Origin: Klebsormidium nitens
Lineage: Eukaryota > Plantae > Klebsormidiophyceae
Direction of reading: 5' to 3'
Assembly: GCA_000708835.1 (NCBI GenBank)
Contig: DF237329.1
Coordinates: 1-64,000, forward strand
DNA length: 64,000 bases
The translations under genes were made by a program, and so were the position numbers. The notes below the pieces were generated by a model. It saw only the letters and a list, made by a program, of their open reading frames with translations. It was not told where the DNA came from and ran no database searches. Positions 12,701 through 24,100 of the stretch are shown piece after piece (the stretch's first letter is position 1; each line of letters opens with the position of its first letter).

Positions 12701-15700
12701 CTCACCCGCTTGTCGATCTCTGCAATGATCTCGAGGTGCCTGGGCAGGAGCTTGGAGAATACGGCCAACGGCCACTTCTCCAGAGCCTCGGGGAGCACCG
12801 TGTGATTGGTGTAGTTGACGGTCCTGATGGAAAGGGGCGCCAAGCGTCAGCATCTCAAAGAGCTGCGATGGCGTGCCTTGAGGATCACAGTATGAGAATT
12901 GGTTTGCATCTACGCAAGATTGATATGCTGGAGAATCTTCAAGTACAAATGCCTTGTCGAAAGAGAGGCCGGATTTCTAAGGGCTGTTGGCTGACCTTAC
13001 AAGCGAGGTAGTACGTCCCTAAGTCGACCTGACAAGCTACTGAGCGCATCACCTAGTCTGAGATGAATCACCAAGCTTGTACTTCTTCGAAGATTCTTCC
13101 AGTAGCGACAGCCCAGGCCTAGTCCAGCGGAATGTAAAACTAGCACGTAGGGAAGAAAGCAGAACAAGTGACGCTTGCAGAAAAAACGCCTACTTCGTGA
13201 CGAACGGCTCAAGCCCTGTGCCAACCTAACAACAACCTCACAATAAGAAAACAAAACACCGCGAGAAGGCTTGCAAACGACGCTTACTTGGTGACGTTGC
13301 CCCAGGCCTCATCCCAACTAGATGGAAGGCTGCCTTAAGAAAGCAAAAGAACAAGAAAAAGGTTCCAAAGAAAACGCTCACTTGGTGACGATGCCCCAGG
13401 CCTCGTCCCAGCCGAGGCCTTCGCGGTCGAGCAGGAGGCGCATCAGCTCGGGCGCAGCGAGCGTGGGGTGCGTGTCGTTCATCTGGATGGCCACCTTCTC
13501 GGGGAACTCCGACCAGTTCACGGGGGATCCCTCCGGGCGGCGGTCCAGGAACGTCTCCACAATGTCCTGAGAAAAACGGGGGGGGAGAGGGGTTTTGGGA
13601 GGTGCTTTCACCGATCAGTGTCGAACAAGTAAGAGCAACAAAAGGACGGACTCAACACCGCCCCTGGACGCTTCCTGAGACTGTCTTGTCAGATACGAGC
13701 GAGTACGACATTGCGACCTTCTGTGTCAGGAAGGTGCGAGCGAAGGTATTACGAGCGCCTCAGAAGCTGACATTGCTTGCACACCAAGACAATTTGGCGA
13801 GTGTTTCCGTTCTCGGATCTGCCTCGTGCTTCAAAAACTTTGTTTCCGCCTTCCTGTCTTTCGATATTGCACCCCCATACACACGTGCCTCCACTGCCCT
13901 CAGTTTCCGCTGAAGTTCAATAGCAACAAGGAGGTGAAAGCTGGCATGAGTCGGGCAGTTCGTAAAGCTCAGGGGAGTGCTTCTTACCTGGACTGACGCG
14001 CTGCACAGCATGTACTGCTGCTTCAGCCGCAGGAGCTTCCCAGCCTCGGTCCCGTCCCCAGGATACAACACGGCGCAGATCTGCAGGTAAGGAAAGTGGC
14101 GGCTGGTCTATACTCCCGCTCTGCTCTCTTTTGGTATTCACGTGACCAATCATGTGACGCCAATTCTTCCCTGGGTGCACATGTGACAAGCGCGTTTTGG
14201 TCGTCCACCCCTTGTATCATAGCATTGCCTGACGAAGTATTTGCAGCCGTTTTGTTTTTACACTGCTCAAGTGCTGGTTTCTGACGAACCTGTCGGCCCA
14301 GGTCACTGCCACATTGCGACACAAATGCTTTAAGCACATGATGAGTCGTCTCTGTTTCAACCCTGTTCCATACAAACCTTACTTCAAAAGGCCAGATCCC
14401 TAACCATCTTCGCATCAAACCAGTCCTTGCAACCTACCTGCTCTGCGGTGGCCCACGCCTTGGTCGCCTCCTCGTACTCCCCGTTGTTGAACTTCTCCAG
14501 CTGGAAGTACTCCGCAGGCACCGCAGCGCTCCAAAGCCGCAGGCTGATCGTGTTCTTTGTCTTGTAACCCGGGATAGGAACGTCGTATGCCTGAGCGAGA
14601 ACCTTCTCCCCCCCAACCCAGCGCCGCTTGCCATTCTCTCCTACTTGAACCTCACCAAAGAATTGGATAGGGTACACAATGCCGTGCCGTTGCACCTCCC
14701 AGGGGTGGCCCATCTGCGAGCAGAGACTTCGGACTCTGCACTTGCCCTTGCATTCAACTCTGTAGCGGTGCTGCTCTATGGGAGGCTTTCGAAAATCAGT
14801 TCTTACATAGCCATCGGCTGTGTTTTGGTATCTAGCAGCTTTGGGGAAAATCCCTGACTGTGGGAACAGGCTCCCATTTGAAGAGACATAAAGTTCAGGT
14901 CATCCTATGCAAAAGCTGTGGACATTTTGCCTATGAATCCTTTAATGCTAATGAAAGCATGGAAAAAAGTGGACATTGAGATGACCGTACGGAGTGAGTA
15001 GCAGGCACGCCTGGTGCAAATGGTGCACTGACACAGGTGCAGTTAGCCACTTCATCTATTTTAGAGCTAGAAACACCTCCAGCCAGTGGCGCGGAACATG
15101 AATTATGGTCAATCTCACCTCCAGCCAATTCTCAGGCTCCTCATGCTGCCCTGCCTTGTCAATGCTCTGCCGGAAGAGGCCGTGCTTGTACCTGGATGCA
15201 CAGTGAAGGGGTTATAGCTCAAGGCAGCAATACGGCTATGCTTACGAAGACAGGCAAATGACAGAGTTCCACTGAAAGCTAAGGAAAGCCATCCTTGGTG
15301 GTGGTCATGCCTCTAATCAACAGGAAACAATGCAGATCTTAAACACTGCATGCAAGAGCGCCGATTGCCACCAAGGAGGGCGGCTGTTAAAAGCCTACAC
15401 ACAGCTGCCGTTTTCAGCAATATCAGTGTCGACCCACTGATCAAAGAGGAGCTGCGAGAACTTTCTATCGGTCAAAACTCAGCTGCCTTCTGGGACCTCC
15501 GATGAAGAATCGTCATGATCTAAAGGTTCAACCACTTGGGGACACATGACTGCACCTGAGCCCGTATCCCCCTGCTGGCAGATTGAGGGTGGCAAGCGAG
15601 TCCAAGAAGCAGGAAGCCAGGCGTCCCAAACCTCCATTGCCAAGAGCAGCATCCGGTTCCTGTGAGAGAAAGGTGACAGAATCGCTGACATCAAGAAAAA

Positions 15701-16976
15701 ATAATTGGAGTTTGACCACAAAGTACGGATAAAGGTGCCCCTTTCCTTCTGTTCACAGCTTTGTCCTCAAAATAGTGGTGCGTTTGACACGCTACAAAGG
15801 CCCAAGCGACCTCAAACCTGTACTATGGATGACTTGTTTCATCCTTCTTCAAGTGAGATCTTCAGCTGGATATAAACCAAGAACAAGGAAACAAGGTCAC
15901 TGCAGCCTGTCACAGCCTAGAAAGCACGTGAGCTGGAGAATAAGCAGAGTAAGATATGCACAGGTTGGAAGGTCAACGACAAATCTACCAGGATCTATAG
16001 TGTGCAGATTCAGAGTCTGCTTCCATTGTAGGAGTTATTAAAAGGTGCCAGACAAGTTGACCGGCGCCCTTGTGTACATTCTGAGAATGCCCTAAATCAG
16101 ATCCAAATAGCAGTCAGGATACAGGACTGCATCCAGCATATGATAACAAACCAAGCAGAGTGATATCCAGCACATTCGCTGTGCTCCCAATATTAAGGGT
16201 GCTCTTGTGGACCAATGAGAGGTGTTTGTTTGGTATGCTCACCTGATCAGCAATGGTCTCCAGATCATAACCAAGCTGCTTCAGCGCTTGCGCATATGCG
16301 TTAGTGATGTCCAAGTTTCCAAGTGCATTGAGCAAAGCGCGACCCTGGAAAAGGAGAGACGAAGTTATGGATGGTTCAACTGGACAGAGAGCTGCAGTGG
16401 TGCTTTATCAGATCAACATGCGCCACCGTAAGCCAAGGATTCTTCTTCTGGAAAAGAGTGCTGGGAAACATATTTCGCAGAAGGGCAATGAGCGCAGACT
16501 ACTGGAAACCCTCCCCTTTGATACTGCAAAAGTGGAGGCGTCAAAAAGAAGCTGAGCTTGCAAGCGCCTCAAATGCTCATTTTCAGCATCAGCAACTTCT
16601 GATGTCCAGGATGCAGAAGTCAACAAAAAGCAATTGGTGCAAGCGGATTCTAAAAAATCCAGATCTGAAAGGGCTACTTCCAAGAAGCTATGCATGCAAC
16701 GAACTCCTCTGGATCAATGTTCACCTGCAGGAACTCCATGCTGATGTAGTAGGCCTGCTTGGGATCCTTGCGCGCCAACTCCTGATGCGTCAAGTTCCAT
16801 TGCCTGATTAGGGAGTCCCGCACGCTCTCAGCAGTGGCCGTGTATGCAGCCTTGGGCTCAAATTTCAGTGGTGCAGAGTATGGGGTGAATTCAGCATGGT
16901 TCTTGATATTGGAAACCACCGCCTCAACCTCCTGCGGCTTTGCTCCAGCCTCATCGGCAGCAATGGCTGGCGTCAT
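6720..16976 (-). CDS. PHS2: Alpha-1,4-glucan (starch) phosphorylase, cytosolic Pho2/H-type; ~852 aa
   Basis: Exons (minus strand): 16976-16725, 16344-16243, 15659-15556, 15191-15119, 14713-14438, 14080-13988, 13566-13382, 12823-12706, 12234-12085, 11365-11105, 10540-10412, 9893-9660, 9215-9139, 8500-8314, 7721-7560, 6875-6720 (2559 nt, in frame). Motifs [46 protein letters not shown] (PLP lysine), FSSDRTI. No evident transit peptide and no L78-sized insertion before VVRMANL, hence the Pho2 call. Confidence 0.93.
8691..9027. mobile_element. MITE-like element, ~70 bp terminal inverted repeats, flanked by TGACA direct repeats
   Basis: 8691-~8763 (gaacccatggaaggagaacgtggactccagttttcgttctggacccccacactg) is the near-perfect reverse complement of ~8955-9027. 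TGACA lies at 8686-8690 and 9028-9032. Located in the phosphorylase intron 9138-8501. Confidence 0.75.
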
Positions 16977-18149
16977 CGTGGAGGAATGTGACAGAGCAAT
17001 ATGCACAGCGCCGAAAAGCGCTCTCTCAAGCTGATCAAAAGTGCGAGCAGGAGCGACGAAAAAACAGCAGGGCGATCAAGGAGAAGCAATGCGTTCCTCG
17101 CTTATTACGGTACACTTGGTTGCTTGAGTGGCTGGAAGTCCAGCTGCTGTGGACATGAACTTCGATGGAAGATCTCCTGCTTCGCTAAAATTGGAATCTA
17201 CTTACGAAGAGCTGATCAAGAACGCTGATCGAGATTAACCAGCTGGTGCAACATGTACGATTTGGACACTGTCCTCAGCTCTAGATCGGACTGCAGGCGA
17301 AGGGTTGAAGTAGTGTCAAGTATAGCCTATGAAACATGCGTACGTGACAAGTACGCGAGCGGAGGCTTGCCAACTGGCTGACGCATGGCACGCCAGCTGG
17401 CCAACTAGGAAAGTGCATCGGACGGTGGAGACGATGATCGCACGGCATCCGTCTTAATCATTGCGGTCTTCCTAACCGTCTTAGTATCAACGGTTTAAAA
17501 GGTCATGTAGGAAAGTGGACGGCGGAGATGGATTGCATTAGGTGAATGCTGAGTCTGCATTTCCGAAACTTGCGGTGGCAGCCGGCGCTGATACTTCTCC
17601 ACTGACGAAACATTGCACTAGTGTCAAGCAAGCCAGGAACTTTCCAAGTATAACATAGACTTCAATGGAACCCGCACAATGGACTCGAACCGGCTGGGTA
17701 GAACGACACCAAAGGTTGCTTCTAACTGTCCGCCGTGCTGTGAATGCGCACTACCTCTTGCTTGGTACAGCTCGCGAAAGTCGACCTCTGCTCTGGCAAC
17801 AGGGGCGCAAACATTGCTGCTTGCAGCGCTTGAGCTTCAACTTCAAGGAGACCTCAGACAACCAAGGCCTGAAGACAGCACTGGTGACAAGGAGGTGACA
17901 GCGACCTCACCGCAATTGGTGCAGAAACCACGGGACAGAGTCCTCGAAAAGGACGCAGCAAAGTAGACTTAAAGCAGGGCACTGAGTATCTTAAAAAGGG
18001 TGTCGGTAATTGGTTTCCTGGTGAAGCTCTTTCTCTTTCCGCTTGCGGTGTGCCCTACATAGTTTTTCAACAGAAGTGCTGTCCCTGCCGCTCCCTTAAG
18101 CTGCTCAGTCAACTTGACTCGTAACTGGGGTGTCCATTTTACAGCACAA
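16977..18149. promoter_or_regulatory. Divergent intergenic region shared by the phosphorylase and arabinofuranosidase genes
   Basis: Start codons point away from each other ~1.17 kb apart. An acceptor just before the GH51 ATG (ttttacag|cacaaATG) implies a 5'UTR intron. No individual element is called. Confidence 0.5.
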
Positions 18150-21100
18150 ATGCATCCTTCCAAGCCTCACCTAGCAGTCCTCTCCTTTCTCGCCTGCGGC
18201 TTCCTTCTCACTGCCGCAAAGCCTTTGAGCTCTGACATACCGGACCGCACTGACATCAGCGATGAGGTCATAAGGGGAAATGGGTTGTCGCGGGGCAATG
18301 CGCTTGATGCAACGGTGGTGGTTGACACATTTCAGACGGGCGTGAATGTGCCCAAGACGCTGTTTGGGGTTTTCTTCGAGGTAAGCTGAAACAGAGCTTT
18401 GTCTCGTCAAGGCGCTAATTCCAGTCTCTGACTTTTACCCTGAGTCACAGAAACAGATTGGTTGCTTTCACTTGCTTCCCTCAGTTATGGACATCTGTAG
18501 TCTGGCTGCACCTTGGGCCTGAAGGCAGTAACGTGACAATTTGGAATACACCTGAGGTGCAGAGAATACAACATGGATACGCGCGCTTGAAATTGTCCAC
18601 CTTTGATGACTTTGATTAAAGAAAGAGAATGGTGTTGGTGCCTGAAAACTTCTGTGAGAACTGATTCAGGAAGCTTGTCGATGTAGACAAGTGTGGGTAG
18701 AAAGTTCACAGTCAGTTGCGGTGTACTTGATACAGCTTCTTCTAGGTGACTGCCAGTTTTATTCACCTAGTTGTTCTTACTGAAGCCCGTAGTAGCTGCA
18801 CTGATAGGATTGTCGCCCACTCTTTTTGCTTTGCATGAAACATTCTTGATAAGCCCTCGCTTGGTGCCACTTTGTGACCTTGTAATACGGTGCTGGCAAA
18901 GTTTTGTGCTTTTTCCAAGAGCCTAAGTGCTTTTCGCTTCCTGTTTTCTCGCTTATCTGTTAAAGTACATATATGCCACCAGGGGAAAAATCCCAGGTTT
19001 CCTCGTCTGAATAGTAGCAATAGCTGGATGTACTTTCAAGTTTCTACCACATTTTTCAAGCGCCAGCTGGAACCAGTATACCACAGAAGGTAGGGACCAT
19101 GATGCAGACATGGCTTGCGCTGATCGCGAATGGAACAAGCCGGGGCGCGTGAATGACAATTCAGCGCAGTGTCCTGAGGACTCTGAAGTGACTGACTGCA
19201 ACCTCAGTGCAACCCTATTTTTGGTCTTCAAAAAGGGTTCAGAATTGATGCAACATGGGCAGAACTTTTCAAGCGTCATCGTAGGCAGGTGATTGACCGC
19301 TGGTTAATGTACTTGTGTTTCTACCTGTGGTCCTAGCACCATTCACATTGTGTTGGCTTTCAGTGTGAAAATGCCAGCTCAGAAACCTTCAGTCGCTGTA
19401 CCAGCTGCCAGTTGTCGAGACTGCATGTTCAAAGTACTGTCTTTTGGTTGCTCAAGCTTGGGAATGGCCCCATAGCAAAGTAGATGCAAAAGGAAGATTC
19501 TTGGTCATGTGGGCGCCACAACTTGGTCCACCGTTGAGGTTGCTGCATCATGTCATATCAAGGATCGAAACAAGGCGTCCCACTTCGTTACGGTCTGTGC
19601 GTCTGACTCCTCACAAGGCGTTATCACTCTGTACCCTTATTTGGAGTTGATGGCTGAGTGACGCTCGCTTGTAGACAGCAGCCACTGCTTAAAAGTGCAT
19701 CTGCCTCCTTCTGGACTTCTTACAAGCTCCTCTCACATTGCTAAAACCTACTCTGTAGAAGGCAATTTTACATTTTATTCTCCTCGATGCGAGGCTCTTA
19801 GTTTTGAGCTGTTTCAATCACATTCCAACTAGGGTGGGGTGCTCTGATGACGCGGTGGTGCAGTGATAGCCATGGGGAAGGTCAGAAGACTTGCGAAAGA
19901 AGTCCTATCCTTGTGCCCGCCCCTCCCCACCTTTTCAATCTTCACAATCTGGGTTTCATCTTGGAGTCTCTTTTGTCGTCACCTTTCGCTGCCTCAGAGC
20001 CTAGCGGACTCCCACGGAGCCCGCATATTACATAAAGCTGCTCATTGGACGGTGTTAAAACTCCAAGCTTATGGCTCGCTACATCTCGTAAGTATGTAAG
20101 TTTAGAGGTCATCACCTTCCCACTGTGCTCCAAAAAGAAGGGGAAGAACAAATGAAACTTTCCATATGAAACTTCTTTGTCCCGGTTATGCAGGAGATCA
20201 ACCATGCTGGAGTTGGTGGCCTGGACCCAGAGCTAGTCAGCAACAGAGGTGGGCGCTCGCAACGTGTTTTTTTGGCCTCAATCTAGTTGGAGTCAGACTC
20301 TGGCTGCTGTGACTTTCAGCCTGCAATGGGTCTTGGTCATCTCGGTGCCGTCCACTTCTGTTTCAGAGAGGCGCTCGTGACTTCAGCAACTTCTCTCACT
20401 TTCACCTGGCCGGCAGGGTGTTACGCCGTCCTCAATTGAGCCCAGGCCTTCAATGAGCTCTTGGATTATGTCAGATCCTAAGGACAATTTGCAGTGCCCT
20501 GTATTTGCCATTGAGCCACTCCGATGGACACCAACGATTCTGGCTTGACCCATATTGCAAAGCCTAGGTTTGAAGCATATGAGCTGTTCAAGACAGTCTC
20601 CATCCAGCCTTTAATCCTGATTGCTTGGGCTTCTTGACACGGTTTAAGCTAGCCTGAGGATCCGCCTCAACTTACGGGCTAACCCGGCCTAACCCACAGG
20701 TTTCGGGGCCAGTGGGCAGTACACCCCATGAGCCCTCAATCCGGATCGCGGGTGGCTGCCCTCACTTTCATAGATTGTAACCAAGTTCGATCATGCACTA
20801 ACTCGGCCCAAACCACAGGTTTCGGGGCCGGTGGGCAGGACACCCCGTCCTCAATTGAGCCTTCAATCCCGATCGCGGGTGGCTGCCTTGACTGGTATAA
20901 TTCTTAACCAATTTCGAAGTTAGTCACGGACTAACCTGCCCTCAAGCACAGGTTTCGAGGCCGGTGGGCAGTACACTCCGTCCTCGATCGAGCCCTGGCG
21001 TCCGATTGGGTCCGAACCGGACCTGTGGCTGGAAACCCAAAAGGCGTCCGTTTTCGAAGGGAACCCGATTGCGCTCAAGTTTGAGGCGCGGGGCGCGGGA

Positions 21101-24100
21101 GACGAGAACGGGCAGCTGAAGCAGGCATTGGGGTTCTCTAACCCGGGTTACTGGGGGATGGTTAGTGCGTTGACCTTGATTGTTGGTCTGCACCTTGGTC
21201 TGGTTTCGAGATGAATAGAGAAAGTGCTCGGGAGGCTGCCTTTGCAGACCGGCAGTCACAGAAGGGGCTCGGGTTTGCTAATGATGGTCAGGGGTACCGC
21301 TAACGTTTTTGGAAAGATTGTGACCGGTTGCAGCGGTTCATTTGCAGTATGCCTGATTGGGGTAATTGGTGAAAACGGCAGTAGAGCAAGCGCTCGGGGT
21401 TTCTGATTCCGGTTATGGGGGCATGGTTAGCAATCAAATCTTCTCAGCATTCACACCAGAACAATAGGAGCCTTGTCAGTATGCAGTTGGATTTAGCAGT
21501 TCAGCAACCTTTCATCGGTGATGCTTGGAAGAAGTGCTTGAGATAGGCTGTTCAGGATTACATATCAGGTTTAGGATTCCTAAATTTGACCACTGCTACT
21601 CGATATGGCTTTCTTTTTGGTGAGGAGAGTTCCTGTAGATTTGTTGAATGATTCCCGGTCTACAGCGTGTCTCAACGAGTCAGGGATTGTCGGATTCTGA
21701 GGCTGCGATGTGTTTTCAACTTCTGATTCGACCTGTCCAAGCATGTTTTGACTTCTTGTGCAAGATGGAGCGCTGGTTCTTGGCTTCTGAGGATGCATTC
21801 CTGAGTACTCTGGTTCTATCGTAGGAACAACGTAGACCCGAGCAATACTTGAGAATCTCATCCAAGAGGAACATCGAGCACGAGCATCGCACATCGAGCG
21901 CGCGGTTGCCTGAAGCAATCCGTGACCTTTGCAGAACATTGAGGCTGGCGAGGAGTACAACGTCACCATGTGGCTCAAGTCGGAGGGATCCCTCAACCTG
22001 ACGGTCGCGTTCCTGTCGCAAAACGGGCAGTGGGTGCTCGGAGAGGGCCACATTGTGTGAGCACGTCTCTAAGCCGTTCCAATCACGCCGTTTACGAACT
22101 TGTGGCTCCTCGCTTTTGACTCCTCTCAGAACAAGGGCTTTTTTGCCAATTGCGGGCTGCTCGGAAATGGTCGCATCTTCTGAGAAGCGTCGTAGACATA
22201 TCCTCTTCGTGCAAATTTGACCATTGTCCGAAAGGCTCGTGGGTCCTTTCGAGCGTTTGTTGTTCTTCTCGTACGGTCTGATTGCCTTTCAAATCGAGCT
22301 CTCTACCCGCCCTTTCTCGCTTGAATGGCAAAATTGCCACCTCCTGTATCAGGCAAAGAGTCGACTTACCGCAAGGCCTTTCAGCAACAAGCTTACTGGC
22401 TGATTGAGAAACATGTGCAGATTACCTAACAAAAGCGCGTTAATACTGCGTGCCCATGTGAATCCAAACGACACGCATCAGGAGAGCAGAGCCCTCATCA
22501 TCCCTCACGGACTACTATTTGCGCAGAATAAGGGTCTCATTCTGACACACACTTTGACGAGATTTGCAGCGAGTTCGCGGAGAATGCTGCCACGTGGCAG
22601 CAGCGGCACGTGACCATCCGGGCGTCCTCGACGGACCACAAGGGCCAGCTCGCGATCACGACGCGGCAGCCGAGCACCATCTGGTTCGACCAGATCTCGG
22701 CCAAGCCAGTGAAGACGTTCAAGGCAAGTTCAGATTGCGTCATTCCTCACCCTCTCCTGCTTCTTGTGTTCGCAATAAGCTTACTGCAGCTAGAGTTCGC
22801 TCGCCGACCTGCGCACGACACGCCACCGACCCGCTGGGAAACCTGATTTTCTCCCTTCAATAACCCGTATCAGTCCAGACTTGGCAGCTCGTCGTTCGAA
22901 GCCCTTTCAGGACGCTTCAAACCGTCAGCCCACCGTTTTGCAACTTCGTTGCCTAACGTCCTTGCATAACACAGCACACGCGCCATGGCACATTACCCTG
23001 CTCAAACACGACCCGCTCGGACAGGTGCGGGCACTTTTCAGCGCTTTCAGCGCTGCCCGTCTGTCTTAGTTTCGTCTGTCTTTGTGAGGTGGCTCCGAAC
23101 CTTGGAAAGTCTCCATCCCGAGATTGCTTCTGACCGTTTGAAAATTGATGATTCATCGGAGTTGTGGACGCCCATGCAGGGCCACGGGATGCGCGTCGAC
23201 CTCGCCGAGAAGCTGCTGTCAATGAAGCCCGGCTTCATCCGCTTTCCTGGTGAGCGTCTGTTCGAAACCTCTGAACGGGACTTTTGGGAGACTTTAACAT
23301 GGCTGAGTCTCGGTAAGTTTAAACCAGCTAGTGTTGTCAAGATTTGGGAACATTTCCTTTTGCGTTGAAGCTGTCCGCCTTTCCTACGCGTTCCGCTGGT
23401 TCTCGTCTGTCAGTTATTTGAAAAAGCGCCACGAATATTGGTCGACATCTGGAGGGGATGTCCAAAACTCGTTTCCTTTGGATCATAATATCTTTCCAAA
23501 CATCTGCCGACATCAGATATCGGATATAATGTCACAATTGCTTTCTCTGCAGGCGGCTGTTACGTCGAAGGTGTTCGCCTTCTCAACCCCTTCCGCTGGC
23601 GCCAGTCCGTTAGTAAATCGAGACAACGCTCCGATCACTTTGCTACGTCCCGAAGGATTTGCCAACGCTATTTCACATACCCTTCAATTCCTCATCAAGT
23701 GTCGACGTTCTGACGGTTCATTCAGTTCCATTGCAGGCGGCTGTTACGTTGAAGGCGTTCGTCTCTTCGACGCCTCCCGCTGGCGCCAGTCCGTTGCTTA
23801 GTCGGGAAAAAGCTCCTTTCACTTTGCTACGTCCGGAAGGGTTTGCCATCGCTGTTCCACAGATCCTTCGATTCCTTAAAAGTTTGTCGACGCTCTTAAA
23901 AGTTTGTCGACGCTCTGACGGCTTATTCATTTCCGTTGCAGGCGGCTGTTAGGTCGAAGGTGTTCGTCTCCTGAACGCCTTCCGCTTACACCAGTCCGTC
24001 CAGTTTGAGAACCGCCCCTTTACTTGCCAACGTCCAGAAGGGATTACCGAAACTTTTTTCAGTTGGATCTCAATGTCTTCCGATCATCTACCATACTTCG

